A DNA stretch of 64,000 bases from Octopus sinensis. Its lineage: Eukaryota. The notes under the pieces were generated by a model. The model ran no database searches. It saw only the letters and a program-made list of their open reading frames with translations, and was not told where the DNA came from. Below are positions 38,683 to 52,729 of this stretch, piece by piece. The DNA is taken from NCBI RefSeq assembly GCF_006345805.1, contig NC_043001.1, positions 130,634,001 through 130,698,000 of the forward strand. Reading direction: 5' to 3'. Position 1 is the stretch's first letter. The number at the start of each line of letters is the position of its first letter. Position numbers and translations under genes: made by a program.

Positions 38683-40315
38683 AAATAACAAAGTTAAAAG
38701 CTAAAAAAATTTTTTACAAAAAAAATAATGAAATCCAAAGTAGTTACTTAAATTCGAACCTGCAGTCTCATAATATCTTAAATACAGTGTTTCACCACTG
38801 ATCCAGTGCCCTGACAGTAATGATAATAGAAGATAAATTTAAAGGAAACAAAACTTGTCTGTGGTCAGTAACTTCTGAACGCCAGTTCCACTAGATTAGC
38901 AACCAAGGAAACCTAGCAGAGAAATCTGCTTAGAGGCATGTCAACAATATAATGCAGTATTTGTGTGCATGAGGGCAAGTGTGTGCATGGATGTGGTGCA
39001 TGTGTGTTTCTGCTGTATAAGTTATGTATACATTGTCATTGCATGCAGAAAGAGAAGAGTGTGCTAGTGGCAGCGGTTATGTCAATGACGATGGTTATGA
39101 TGATGGTTATGATGATAGTGGTGGCTGTGATGGTGGTGACGATCGCCATCGTGTTGTTGTCGTTGGCGGTGGTGGTGGTGGTGGTGATGGTGGCTGTGGT
39201 GGTGGTGGTGGTGGTGGTGGTGTTGATGATGGTCATGGAAGCAGTGATTACAAAAGCATGGCTGGCTGTTGGTTGGCTGGATGGCTGGCTGGCTGGATGG
39301 TTGGCTGGCTGGTTGGATGGTTGGATGGTTGGCTGGTTGGGTAGTTGCTAGATGGCAGAAGAAATGCAGGAAGAGACATTCTCAGAACTGCAGCCATGGC
39401 AATAATTCATACACGCAAATGATCACAACTAACAAAAAACAAACAAAAAAAAAGATAATAAATAAAAAATTTAAAAAATAAATAAATAAGACTACCACCA
39501 CCACCATTATTACTACCACAACCACCATCATCATCATCATCATCATCAATAATAACAACAGAAGCAAGCAGCAGCAGGAGCAGCAGCAGCAGCAGCAGCA
39601 GCAAAATTGCCATGGTAAGAAATAAATAAATAAATAAAAATTTCAAACTTCATTTATTTTGTCTTAAAAAACAACAACAATCATTACAAACAATAAAAAC
39701 AAGCAACGCAACAAAAATATAATAATAATAATAATAATAATGATAACAATAACAACAACAATGAAATTCAAATAAATACGAGCTACACAAAAAAAAAATT
39801 ATATATATATATATATACATACATGTATATATATATAAATATATAAATAAATGAAATTTAAATTTCAAAAAGAAAAAGATTAAGAAATAAATTAAAATTA
39901 CAATTAAAATTCAACCAAAATAACAATGACAATGAAATTTAAAAAAGTATATACAAAAATAGGAAAAAAAATTTCAGCAATGAAGGAAGGGGGGAGGGTA
40001 TTTTAAAGTTTTTAAATTTTTTGAATTTTATTCTTACTTTAATTTTTTAAAGTATTTTTTTGTTATTTTCATTTTTTTATTTTTTCGAAACTTGAATTGT
40101 ATTCTGTGAAATTGAGGACGAATAAAATTTAAACTGAAGACTATAGAGCATGTCGTTTGTCTTTGACTGGCATTCACTGACAACTGGAGAAGTGTGTGGG
40201 TGGGTGCAGGGAGCTAGGGTAGGGCACGGGGTGGGGGTGGGGTCAGTGGGGAGAGGGGGTTAGTGTGACTGGAGTTGATGTTATTGTCTTTCTCAGTTTA
40301 GATATGTTGGAAAGA

Positions 40316-40335
40316 AGTGTGTGAGTGTGCGTGTG

Positions 40336-40370
<35 letters not shown>

Positions 40371-40486
40371 GCATATGTGTTTATCTGTGTGTGTTGGTGT
40401 TATCTATGTGAAAGATAAGGGAAGTATAAGAGTAAGAGAGAAAGAGAGATTGCATGTATGTATGTATGTGTGTACGTATGTATGTA

Positions 40487-40519
<33 letters not shown>

Positions 40520-40752
40520 ATGTATGTATGTATGTATGTATGTATGTGTGTGTGTATGTATGTATGTATGTATATATGTATGTGTGTGTGTGTTGTGATG
40601 TATGTATGTATGAGTATGTATGTATGTGTGTGTGTATGTATGTATGTATGTATATATGTATGGTGGTGTGTGTAGTATGTATGTATGTATGTATGTATAT
40701 ATGTATGTATGTATGTGTGTGTGTATGTATGTATGATGTATGTGTGTGTGTG
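40316..40752. repeat. (TG)n/(TATG)n microsatellite
   Basis: Direct tandem repeats. Confidence 0.95.
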
Positions 40753-41161
40753 GGATGGTGGAACGTGGGAGTGTGTCTGTGTTTGTACATGAGGAATGAG
40801 GGTGCATGTGATTAAGTATGGACACATGGAAGAAGATATGTGTGTGCTTATGTATGGATACAGAAACGTGTGTGTGTGTGTGTATGAGAAATTCCTTATA
40901 TGTATGTGTATGTAAAATCAGTGTATGTAATTTTTATATGTATATGTGTTTATATCTGTTTATACAGGAGTGAGAGTGACAGACAGACAGACAACAAACA
41001 GAAAGACTGCAGGAAATAATACTATTTTTCGTTCATTGTTACTTCAGAAATGAAAGGCCATACCCACAGTATTTATAGGCTCTCAAAGACTGGGCAGTTA
41101 ATATGATTGGGTATGTTGGTGAGTTTAATGTTTTAGCAATGTTCAAGTTTGAGACACAAAG

Positions 41162-41195
<34 letters not shown>

Positions 41196-41420
41196 AATTT
41201 CCAGATGGATGCAAGTCTGAAGAAGAAGGATTTAGAGAAAAATGTTAATAAAGAATTTTATGTAATGTGTAAAGGAGATGAGTAGAATGTGTTTTTGTGG
41301 GTAAAGATAGAGGATTGGTACGGATTTCAAAAATATCTGAAGGCTTGAGGCCAGAAGAACTCTTGCAAAAAATACAGAGAGGTTTATTGTTGTTGTTGTT
41401 ATTATTTAGGTTCATACTGT

Positions 41421-42060
41421 AAGGCAGTAAGCTGGTAGAATCATTAGCATCCTGGGGCAAAATACTAAGTGGATTTCATCTTCCTTTATGCTCTGAGTTC
41501 AAATTCTGCTGAAGTTGACTCAGCCTTTCATCCTTTCAGGTTCGATGAAATAAATACCAGTCATGCACTGGGGTTGATGTAATCTACTTAACCTATTTAT
41601 TTACTACCCACAAGGGGCTACACACAGTGAGGACAAACAAAGACAGACAAACGGATTAAGACGATTATATCGACCCCAGTGCGTACCTGGTACTTAATTA
41701 ATCGACCCCGAAAGGATGAAAGGCAAAGTCGACCTCGGAGGAATTTGAACTCAGAACGTAGCAGCAGACGAAATACCTATTTCTTTACTGCCCACAAGGG
41801 ACTACACACAGAGAGGACAAACAAAGACAGACAAATGGATTAAGACGATTATATCAATCCCAGTGCGTAACTGGTACTTATTTAATTGAACCCGAAAGGA
41901 TGAAAGGCAAAGTCGACATCGCCAGAATTTGAACTCAGAATGTAACGGCAGACGAAATACGGCTACGCATTTCGCCCGGCGTGCTAACGTTTCTGCCAGC
42001 TCACCGCCTACTTAACCTGTTCTTCAAAATATGCTAGCCTTGTGCCAAAATTTGAAACCA
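41421..42060. mobile_element. Old SINE B (+) interrupted by a younger 1.8-mer SINE B (-) at 41595-42008
   Basis: TSD tacttaacct at 41585-41594 and 42009-42018. Confidence 0.85.
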
Positions 42061-42399
42061 ATATGCATGGATGAATGGGCAAGTGTTTTCTAATATAGCC
42101 TTTTTAAATAGATATATATTTGCTTTCATAGCGAGGAAGTCAAAAGTTTAAATATTAGATATGTAATCAGCCAAGTCCGTCAATGTTTTCCATCTTGGTT
42201 CAAATAATGCTGAGTGGAAGAATGAATATACAAATACCTGAAAAAATTCTACATATATTTTAAACATCTTTTTTGCTTATTTTTTGAAGAGGACAAATTC
42301 AACATTTATGATGTTCTATTTATGGAAATCTTGGTCCTTTTGTCTGCAACAATTGTATGGGAGTATAATAATAATAATAATATAATAATAATAATAATA

Positions 42400-42616
42400 A
42401 TTGTGTACAGTGCTCAGGTGCACTACAACTCATCTAAAGTGTATATATAATCAGGTGTAGTTTCGGCGGATTTCGGAAAGCATAAGGGCCTTAAAGGATG
42501 CAGTGTCATGGCAGTCAACAACTGACGCAGGCAGTTTATTCCATGCTTCAGCAACTCTGTGCGTGAAAAAATGTTTCCGAAAGTCATGGGAGCTGTGTTG
42601 TTTTCTGACTTTGTAA
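42400..42616 (-). mobile_element. CR1-type LINE 3' fragment
   Basis: Near-identical to 11908-12122. Confidence 0.88.
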
Positions 42617-42723
42617 TATAAAAACTTAATCCATTTTTACATCCAATCTGATTTATTTATTCTATTTGATGAAATTTATTAAACTTTGGTTTAATAAAAT
42701 AAGTCTGATATTGACTATTTCTT

Positions 42724-43137
42724 TTTACTCTTTATTTTTTTTTACTTGTTTCAGTCATTTTACTGTGGCCATGCTGGAGCACCACTTTTAGTCAAGCAAA
42801 TCGACCCCAGGACTTATTCTTTGGAAGCCTAGTACTTATTCTATCGGTCTCTTTTGCTGAACTGCTAAGTTACGGGTATGTAAACACACCAGCATCGGTT
42901 GTCAAGCAATGTTGGGGGGACAAACACAGACACACAAACATATACTCACACATACATATATATATATACATATATACGACAGATTTCTTTCAGGTTCTGC
43001 CTACCAAATCCACTCACAAGACTTTGGTGGGCCTGAGGCTATAGTAGAAGACACTCGCCCAAGGTGTCACACAGTGGGACTGAACCCAGAACCATGTGGT
43101 GGTAAGCAAGCTACTTACCACACAATCACTCCTGTGC

Positions 43138-43138
<1 letters not shown>
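42724..43138 (-). mobile_element. SINE family A
   Basis: Reverse complement of the family A sequence. Confidence 0.9.
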
Positions 43139-43187
<49 letters not shown>

Positions 43188-45429
43188 TTATATGTATGTA
43201 TGAATGTGTGTGTTTGGAGTGAACTGACATCCCCACACATGACTGTCAGTGGACTGGACAAGTCTTATAGACAGATAAGCTAGTAGACAGTTGATGCCAA
43301 ACTGTGAGACTGTTAGTCTCGTTATTGATTCTACATTGGAGTATTGGATTGTTGTTGTGTGAACAGTTATAAGATAACCAACTTTTGTTACATTGTTTAT
43401 TGTTATACAGTTATATTTGGAACTGTGTTATTTTGTTATATGCACATACGTCATATATCATCACTGATGATATAACAGTGTGTGTGTCTAGGAGTCTGTG
43501 TTTGTCCACCATCACTGGTTGACAACTGATGTTTGGCAAAAAAGATCATTAGAATAAGTACTAGGCTTCAAAAAATAAATCCTATCTTTCTCTCTTTAAT
43601 TTGTATGCTGGAGCACCGCCTTTAGTTGAGCAAATCGACCCCGGGACTTATTCTTTGTAAGCCCAGTACTTATTCTATCAGTGCCTTCTACCGAACCGCT
43701 AAGTGATGGGGACGTAAACACACCAGCATCGGTTGTCAAGCAATGCTAGGGGGACAAACACAGACACACAAACACACACACACATACACACATAAGTAAA
43801 AGAAAGAAAGAAAATATCAACAGAGCAAACTTACACAGAGGACAAAGACGACAGAAAATTAAAAGGAGAAGGCATGGAGTTACAAATCCAACAGCTGTTT
43901 CTGGGGGTCTGGTGTGAAAGTTTTCAGTAGACTAGTGTAATTTCGACAATATGCATATGTGCATATAATTATTAACAAGTTTATAAATCAAATCTTCACT
44001 TGACCAAAAGCTTCTTCTCTAATTTCTACTAATAATCCCCCACCCCATTCCTTCTTATTCCCTGTCCTGCTTACAACATTTACTCTTCAACCATTTCCAT
44101 CAAAACCATTTGTAGTTACTAATTCTTTACCATTTCTCGCAATTCTTCATTATTTTCAACTCCCCACAGACTAAGAACAAAGAAAAACTATATTTTCTTT
44201 CTTCCTGAAGAAGGAATCAATCCTAAATATTGGAAAATTTTCTCCGAACAGCATACAAATTAAAGAAAACAACAATAGAAATCAATTTTTTACACAAATA
44301 TAAGGTTAAAATTGAAATTCATCAAAGGCCAATATAATGCAAATTGACATATCGAAAAGTATTTGGCTTCTGAACAATTTCAGTTTCAAATTTAAATATT
44401 ATACAATGCTTCACTCAAACTACTCTATACTAATCTATCTGTCTGTATATCTATCTATCTTTGTGGGTGTCTCATTTCCACTGTATCACCTATAAAATAT
44501 ATCCATTGGTTGTTGATGCCTATAGGGTATGTAGTTCTATCTCAGGTACCAAGACTGCTATAGTCCATAGAAAGACAGCTGATGTGGGTTTACTTTTGTT
44601 TATTTTCTTTCTTTATGATATTTGTCATTTAATTTTATCATCTGTATTGATTGCTTACATTTATGATCGTTGATGAAAAAAGCCATATTTTCACAGACAT
44701 TTTGTTAGTTCTATCTTTTCACTCTCTTCCCCCAACTCTGTCACTCAGTCTGTGTCTGTCTGCCTGTGTGTACGTGTGTGTGTGTGTGTGGTGTGTGTGT
44801 GTGTGTGTGTGCATTTATATAAAATGGGAGGGATACAGGGATAGATATACAGATGAAAAAAGAAGTAGATAACGTGTGTTTATGTGCCAATTTGTATAAT
44901 AAGGTTAAGTGCATGAATGACTATGTTTCAAATACAGAGACAGAGAGAATGACTAAGTCCATATAAATATGTAAGGCTATAGTCGTGTCTTATGTGTGCC
45001 TATATGTATATACATGTGTGTATATGCATCTGTATGTGTGTGAGTATGTATGTGAATACATACGCATCAGATAATGCATATGAAGTTGTGTCAGTGTGAG
45101 AGATGGTGTGCATGTATGCTTGTGCAAATGTAATCAATGCTATAAGGTTATCACAGGCACTATAGTCATTTTATTTCCTGGATTGCTTTGTTTCCCTCCT
45201 CCACCCACTCCTTCACTTCCTCTCACTCTTACCCCTACCTTTGCTTTTCTCCCACTATTGCTCATTCTTTTTCTCTTGCTTCTCACTCCACTTCTTTTCA
45301 ATTCTTTCACTATTTTCCAATCATGCAAACACGCACGTACACATATGTATACACAAGAACATGTCATATATATATATATATATCATGTTACACATATGGT
45401 ATATGCTTATTTATATTACCTAAAATGTA

Positions 45430-45518
<89 letters not shown>

Positions 45519-45549
45519 CATATATAGATAGATAGATAGATAGATTGAC

Positions 45550-45592
<43 letters not shown>

Positions 45593-45676
45593 GTGTATAT
45601 TATGTTACATATGATTATATTATGTATGAGAGTGTATCTCTCTCACTCTCTCTATCTCTCTCTCTTTCTCGCTCTT

Positions 45677-45713
<37 letters not shown>

Positions 45714-46084
45714 TTGTACACACACGCACACGCATATGCATGCATGTAAGTTTATATTTTTTTTTTTAAATCCCTTTTTAGTTATTAAAATTTTTTTTTC
45801 ATATTCTTTTCCCCACAATCCCCTCCCTCAATGCTCCGAGACAAGACAGGACAAAACGATAACATTTCAGTAAATTCTAAAACATTTTTACAAATACAGG
45901 ACAAAAATAAATAAACAATAAATAAAATTATAAAAAAAAAACATGAAGCAAAAAAAAATATATACATATATATATGGGGGTGGGAGGAGGTGGTAATAAA
46001 AATTGCAGAAAAAAATTTATTTCAGAAACAATGGAAACTAAAAACAATTTTTATGCCAATTTTTCTTGTACATTATTATTATTA

Positions 46085-46115
<31 letters not shown>

Positions 46116-47210
46116 CACCATTATTATTATTATTATTATTATCATCATCGTCGTTATTATTGTTGTTGTTGTTGTTGTTGCCATAATTTTCAATTTAACT
46201 ATTGTGTATATTTTATTTCGTTGTTTCCAATTCATCTCAATCTGCATTTTATTTTGTCTTTTGATGGTAAGATACAGTTGTTTGACTCTGTCACAGCTGC
46301 CGTCCATATTCCAACTAATGCTTTGTGTCTATATTTTATTTTATTTTTATAAGCGAGCGAGAGAGAGAGAGCGAAGGTGGGGGTAAGAAAAGGACGAGAA
46401 GAAATAAGAAAGCGAGGAGCAAAAAGAAGAATAGAAAACTAGGGAGAGAGTAGGGTGGAGAGAGAGATTAAGAAGAGGGCAGAGAGAATGGAAAGCAGAG
46501 TAACTGAGAGAAAGAGACAAGGGGAAAGATATGAAAAAATGTAAATAAAATATAAAATGACATGAAAAAATGTTTTAAATATATCAAATATTTTTTTAAA
46601 ATCCCTTCCCCACAAACATTAAAATTTCAAAAATTAAAAATAAAAAAATAAAAATATGTATCTATTAAAAATAAACAAATAAATAAATCAATATATAAAT
46701 AAGAAACCGCTTTCAGATGTACACATGAATTGGTCCTAAGGATCATTTCAAAGACTTAGAAATTAAAATAAAATATAGTAGACGGAGAAAGAAAGAGATG
46801 ATATTAAACCAAGCAAGGAGACTAATGTGAAATCTTAAAGACTCATCTCAGTGCTGATTCAATGCCATGTGACTCATAGCCAATAGAATAACTAGTATGT
46901 CACCAAAGCCACTCAAAATGGAGCAGAAATGGTTAGAATAAAATGAAATTTGAAAATTACAAAAGAAATAAAATAAATGAAAATTTACTTTTTAGTTTTT
47001 TTTTGTTTTTTGGGTTTTTTTTTAATGGAGCATCTCCCTCCCAAAAAGAATAAAAAAAAAATTGGAATGGAGAAGAGAATTTATCAATTTATCAAGAATG
47101 AAATTTTACAAAAAATAATTACTGAATACTAAGGAGAGGGAAGCAAATAAACATATGGTGAGGAGGTGTAAGAAGGAAATATTTAGAATAACTAAATTCT
47201 AAAGTGATAT

Positions 47211-47596
47211 ACTCTTTACTTGTTTCAGTCATTTGACTGCGGCCATGCTGGAGCACCGCCTTTAGTCGAGCAAATCGACCCCGGAACTTATTCTTTGTAA
47301 GCCCAGTACTTATTCTATCGGTCTCTTTTTGCCGAACCGCTAAGTGACGGAGACGTAAACACACCAGCATCGGCTGTCAAGCAATCTAGGGGGACAAACA
47401 CACACACACATATATATACATATACATATATACGACAGGCTTCTTTCAGTTTCCATCTACCAAATCCACTCACAAGGCATTGGTCGGCCCGGGGCTATAG
47501 CAGAAGACACTTGCCCAAGATGCCACGCAGTGGGACTGAACCCGGAACCATGTGGTTGGTTAGCAAGCTACTTACCACACAGCCACTCCTGCGCCT
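47211..47596 (-). mobile_element. SINE family A (young)
   Basis: Near-identical to the reverse complement of 7147-7538. Confidence 0.93.
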
Positions 47597-47659
47597 GATA
47601 TAGATAAATTTTTTTTTTAAATATTCAGAGATTAAGCAATAATAATAGTAATAACATCT

Positions 47660-47866
47660 TCATATTTTTGCACAAGGCCAGTAATTTCAGAGAAGGGGTA
47701 AGTCGATTACATTGACCCCAGTACTTGACTGGTACTTATTTCATCGATCCCAAAAGGATGAAAGGCAAGGCTGACCTCGGTAGAATTTGAACCCAGAATG
47801 TAAAGATGGACGAAATGTTGCTAAACATTTTTCCCAATATGCTAACGATTCTACCAGCTCAACACC

Positions 47867-47929
<63 letters not shown>

Positions 47930-49030
47930 TAATAATAATAATAATAATAATAATGATGATAATAATATATTTCTACTATAGGCACAAAGCCTAAAATTTT
48001 GAGGGAGGGTGCCAGTCAATTAGATCAACCCCAGTATGCAATTAGTACTTAATTTATCAATCCCGAAGGGAAGGATGAAAGGCAAAATCGAACTTGGTGG
48101 AATTTGAACTCAGAATGTGCAGACAGATGAATGTCACTAAGTAAAAATACTGCCAGCTTGTGACCATTAAATATTGGTTTCAAATTTTGATACAAGGTCA
48201 GCAATTTCGGGTTTGGGAGCTAGTTGACTACATTGACCTCAGTGTTCAACTGATACTTGTTTTACCGACCCCAAAATGATGAATGGCAGAGTCGTCCTCA
48301 GTGGAATTTGAACTCAAAATGTACAGCTGAAAGATACACCACTAACAATTCTTCCAACTCACTGCTCTGAATAATAATAATGATAATAATAATACTCTTT
48401 TACTCTTTTACTTGTTTCAGTCATTTGACTGCGGCCATGCTGGAGCACCGCCTTTTAATCGAGCAACTCGACCCCGGCACTTATTCTTTGTAAGCCCAGT
48501 ACTTATTCTATCGGTCTCTTTTGCCGAACCGCGAAGTGACGGGGACATAAACACACCAGCATCGGTTGTCAAGCAATGCTAGGGGGACAAACACTGACAC
48601 ACAAACACACACATATATATATATATATATATACATATATACGACGGGCTTCTTTCAGTTTCCGTCTACCAAATTCACTCACAAGGCTTTGGTGGGCCCG
48701 AGGCTATAGTAGAAGACACTTGCCCAAGGTGCCATGCAGTCGGACTGAACCTGGAACCATGTGGTTGGTAAACAAGCTACTTACCACACAGCCACTCCTT
48801 CCTACTAAAGGCACAAGGCCTGAAATTTGAGGGAGGGGGATAGTCAGTTGCATCAACCCCAGTATTCAGTTGGTACTTATTTTATTGGCCATGAAAGGAT
48901 GAGAGGCACAGTCAATCTCAGCAGAATTTGAACTCAAGACACAAAGATGGATGAAATGCAGCTAAGTATTTTTTCTTGGCATGCTAAGAATTTTGCTAGC
49001 TCCCCACCTTCAATAACAATAATAATTATG

Positions 49031-49095
<65 letters not shown>

Positions 49096-49563
49096 CAATA
49101 ATCCTTTCTACTGGAGTCAGAAGGCCTCATATTGGGTCGGGGGAGTACTTGATTACATCGGTCCAAGTGGTTCACTGGTACTTTATTTATCGACCCTGAA
49201 AGAATGAAAGGCAAAGTCAACCTCAGCAGAATTTGAACTCAGAATGCAATGATGGACTGAAAGCTGCCAAGTATTTCGCCAGTTCCAGTGTTATTTTGAT
49301 GGTATGCACTTCTCCATCACTCAATAATAATAATTATTATTATTATTTTTATTTCAAATTTTTTGCTACAAGGGTAGCTTGGGAGAGGTGGGGATGAGTT
49401 GATTACATCGACCCCAGTGTTCAACTGATACTTATTTTATTGACCCCAAAAGGATGAAAGGTAAATCGACCTTGGTGGAATTTGAACTCAGAACATGGTG
49501 ACAGGAGAAATACCGCTGAGCATTTCATCCAGCGTGCTAACGATTCTGCCAGCTCACTGCCTT
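47660..49563 (-). mobile_element. Cluster of about 6 head-to-tail old SINE B copies, mostly separated by (AAT)n, with a SINE A at 48394-48802
   Basis: The block ggatgaaaggc...gaatttgaac(t/c)ca recurs at ~47755, ~48073, ~48277, ~48897, ~49203 and ~49452. Confidence 0.85.
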
Positions 49564-49576
49564 AATAATAATAATG

Positions 49577-49641
<65 letters not shown>

Positions 49642-49645
<4 letters not shown>

Positions 49646-50198
49646 GCCCTGATGCAGTACCAGGCAGTGGCTCTCATGGCTTCTGATCTTAACTGATTGG
49701 AAGTGTTATCATGTACATTGTTTTGTCTTGGTATAAAAGATGGGCTACAGCAAATATTCTGCTCAATACCACAGATTTGCTTGTCAGTTGTTTGACCTTA
49801 ACCAGTTGAGCATGTCCCTTAGTGGCTGACGATATGTGCATCTCTGATCACGAGCAGAAGTAGTGGGGGAGCATCATAGCCATGTGTTGAGAGGATTCTT
49901 TGGGGTTTGAATAATTCACCTCTGGAAACATGGGTGGTTCTTTCAACATCCTTAAACAACCCTTATTCAGGGACCTTTTGAGCAGGATGGGCTACTCAAC
50001 CTGAAGAAAATTCTAACTGGGCCCCACCTGCAAGGTCATGTGCTGTTTATCTTGATATGAGATCACCATGTCTCGCACATATGTTTGTCATGCATGTGCC
50101 TGGTGTACCTTTATCAGACGGGTAGTCATGATGGGTATATTGGGCTTTGTATATTTTACCCCAGTGTCACTTTGATGGCATGCACTGCTCTCTCACTC
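49642..50198. mobile_element. ~560-bp non-coding interspersed element inserted in (AAT)n
   Basis: Higher-GC island bounded on both sides by pure AAT repeats; a diverged copy of its right end lies at ~49286-49323. Confidence 0.7.
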
Positions 50199-50440
50199 AA
50201 TAATAATAATAATAATAATAGCAACAATAACAATAAGAATAATAATGAGGAGGAGGACGGTGATGATTATGATGATGGTGATAATGATGTAACAATAACA
50301 AAACCATTGTATGAGAAATTCTTTGTTGCTTTATTCTTTTATTGGTTTCAGTTATTGGAGTGAGGCCATACTGGAGCAATTGCCTTCAAAGGTTTTACTC
50401 AATCATATCAGCAATAAATGTTTCAGTTTGGTGGTATTTT

Positions 50441-50676
50441 CTATTTCTTTACTACCCACAAGGGGCTAAACACAGAGAGGACAAACAAGGACAGACAAAC
50501 GGATTAAGTCGATTATATCGACCCCAGTGCATAACTGGTACTTATTTAATCGACCCCCCGAAAGGATGAAAGGCAAAGTCGACCTCGGCGGAATTTGAAC
50601 TCAGAAAGTAGCGGCAGACGAAATACCACTAAGCATTTCACCCAGCGCGCTAACGTTTCTGCCAGCTCGCCGCCTT
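50441..50676 (-). mobile_element. SINE family B
   Basis: TSD gtttggtggtatttt. Confidence 0.92.
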
Positions 50677-51269
50677 GTTTGGTGGTATTTTGTCATTTTC
50701 TGCTTATTGAATAGGTAAGCTTTCGACAGAAAGGAACACAACTTGGCATAATGATTTAGATCAGAAAACTAGGAACACAGACACAGGATCACACACACAC
50801 ACACATGCTCACACAAACATGAATACATTCAACATTCATTTTCATCATTTAATGTTTGTCTTCAATGTTGGAATGGGTTGGATGGTTTGACAGGAGCTGC
50901 AAAGCCAGAGAACTGTACTAATCTCCATTGTCTGTTTTGGCATGATTTTTACAGCCAGATGCCCTGCCCTAATGCCAAACACTTTACAGAGTGAACTGGG
51001 TGCTTCTTTTACGTGGTACCAGCATTATATATAAATATATACATGCAAATTTTCACACACACACATACACACAAAGTTTTATTTATAACTTGGTACAATG
51101 ATTTTTTTCAAGTGCAGAAGCCTTTGGGGTTGAAACAATTACTGTGCAAAAGTTTTGTATTATGTGCTGAGAAATAAAATACGAAAGAAGTTCACTTCAT
51201 CTGAATGACATTCAACAAGGAAAATGCAAAATATATATACTATCATCATCATCATAATAATAATAATAA

Positions 51270-51648
51270 AATTATTGTATACAGTGCTCAGGTGCACCAC
51301 AACTTGTCAGAAAGTGCATATAAAGTACATACAGTAATGTAGAAATGTCTGGAAAGCGAACAATGTATGAGTCAGAATAATGCTTGTGTGTGTATGGAGG
51401 GGAGAAAATCAGGTGTAGTGTTGGCGAATCTCAGGAAGCATGGAAGTTTTGAAGGATGCAGTGCTCCGACAACTAACAACTGATGCCGGCAGTTTGTTCC
51501 ATGCTTCAGCAACTCTCAGCGTGAAAAAATGTTTCCTGAAGTCATGGGAGCTGTGCTGTTTTCTTACTTTGTAAATATGTCCACGGGTGTTAGATGGGTG
51601 GAGTTTGAAAAGGTGCTCAGAGTTACTGTTTGTACGATAGTTGATAAT
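51270..51648 (-). mobile_element. CR1-type LINE 3' fragment
   Basis: TRGHIYKVRKQHSSHDFRKHFFTLRVAEAWNKLPASVV. Confidence 0.9.
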
Positions 51649-51908
51649 TTTATCATCATCATCATCATTAAAGTCCATTTTCCATGATGGCATGGGTTGG
51701 ATGGCTTGGTAGGAGCTGGTATGGCCAGGGGGACACACCAGGTTTCATAGTCTGTTCTGTCTAATGCCAATTGTTCTACAGAGTTTACTGCATGCATTTT
51801 ATAAGGCGCTAACACCAGTGCCTTTTATTTGGCCCTAGCCCCAGTGCCTTTTATTTGGCCCTAGCCCCAGTGCATTTTATGTAGCATCATTACCAGTGCT
51901 TTTTATGA

Positions 51909-52292
51909 TGGAAGCACTCCGTCGGTTAAGCCGACGAGGGTTCCGGTTGATCCGAATCAACGGAACAGCCTGCTCGTGAAATTAACGTGTAAGTGGCTGA
52001 GCACTCCACAGACATGTGTACCCTTAACGTAGTTCTTAGGGATATTCAGCGTGACACAGAGAGTGACAAGGCCGGCCCTTTGAAATACAGGTACAACAGA
52101 AACAGGAAGTAAGAGTGAGAGAAAGTTGTGGTGAAAGAGTACAGCAGGGATCACCACCATCCCCTGCCGGAGCCTCGTGGAGCTTTAGGTGTTTTCGCCC
52201 AATAAACACTCACAACGCCCGGTCTGGGAATCGAAACCGCGATCCTATGACCGCGAGTCCGCTGCCCTAACCACTAGGCCATTGCGCCTCCA
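51909..52292 (-). mobile_element. SINE family C
   Basis: Reverse complement of the 35011 element; flanking duplication ccagtgctttttat. Confidence 0.92.
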
Positions 52293-52339
52293 GTGCTTTT
52301 TATATGACACCAACATCAAAACTTTTTACATGGCATCTT

Positions 52340-52660
52340 AGTTTTAGGATACCAATTCTGTTATGATAGGAGGTTTTCTTGAGTATAGCAATGCACCACA
52401 TATCTCGGTTCTCTATCATCTACTTCATAAGGTTCAGCATTTTGAGATTATCCTTCAGTACTTTGTGCCATGTTTTCCTGGGTCTCCCTCTTCTACCAGC
52501 CACTTTAAGTGATTGGCACCTCTTCATGCAACTGTCTTCATCCATATACATCACATGACCAAACCAGTACAGTCTTCTCTCTTGCACACTGCATCTAATT
52601 CCTCTTATGCCTAACTTTTCTTTCAATACACTAGTGCTCTGTTGCATGTGACATTGCACA
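52340..52660 (-). mobile_element. RTE LINE RT C-terminal fragment
   Basis: VQERRLYWFGHVMYMDEDSCMKRC...GRRGRPRKTW is the RTE hallmark. Confidence 0.88.
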
Positions 52661-52698
52661 CACACACATGCATGCTAAATATATATATATAAATACAC

Positions 52699-52729
<31 letters not shown>

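Noticed and set aside
38745-38812. tRNA-like A/B boxes on the minus strand
   Set aside because: No coherent cloverleaf; at most a decayed SINE or tRNA relic.
50085-50125. CTGATAA..GGTACACC on the minus strand as a hammerhead
   Set aside because: The core lacks G8 and the GAAA segment.
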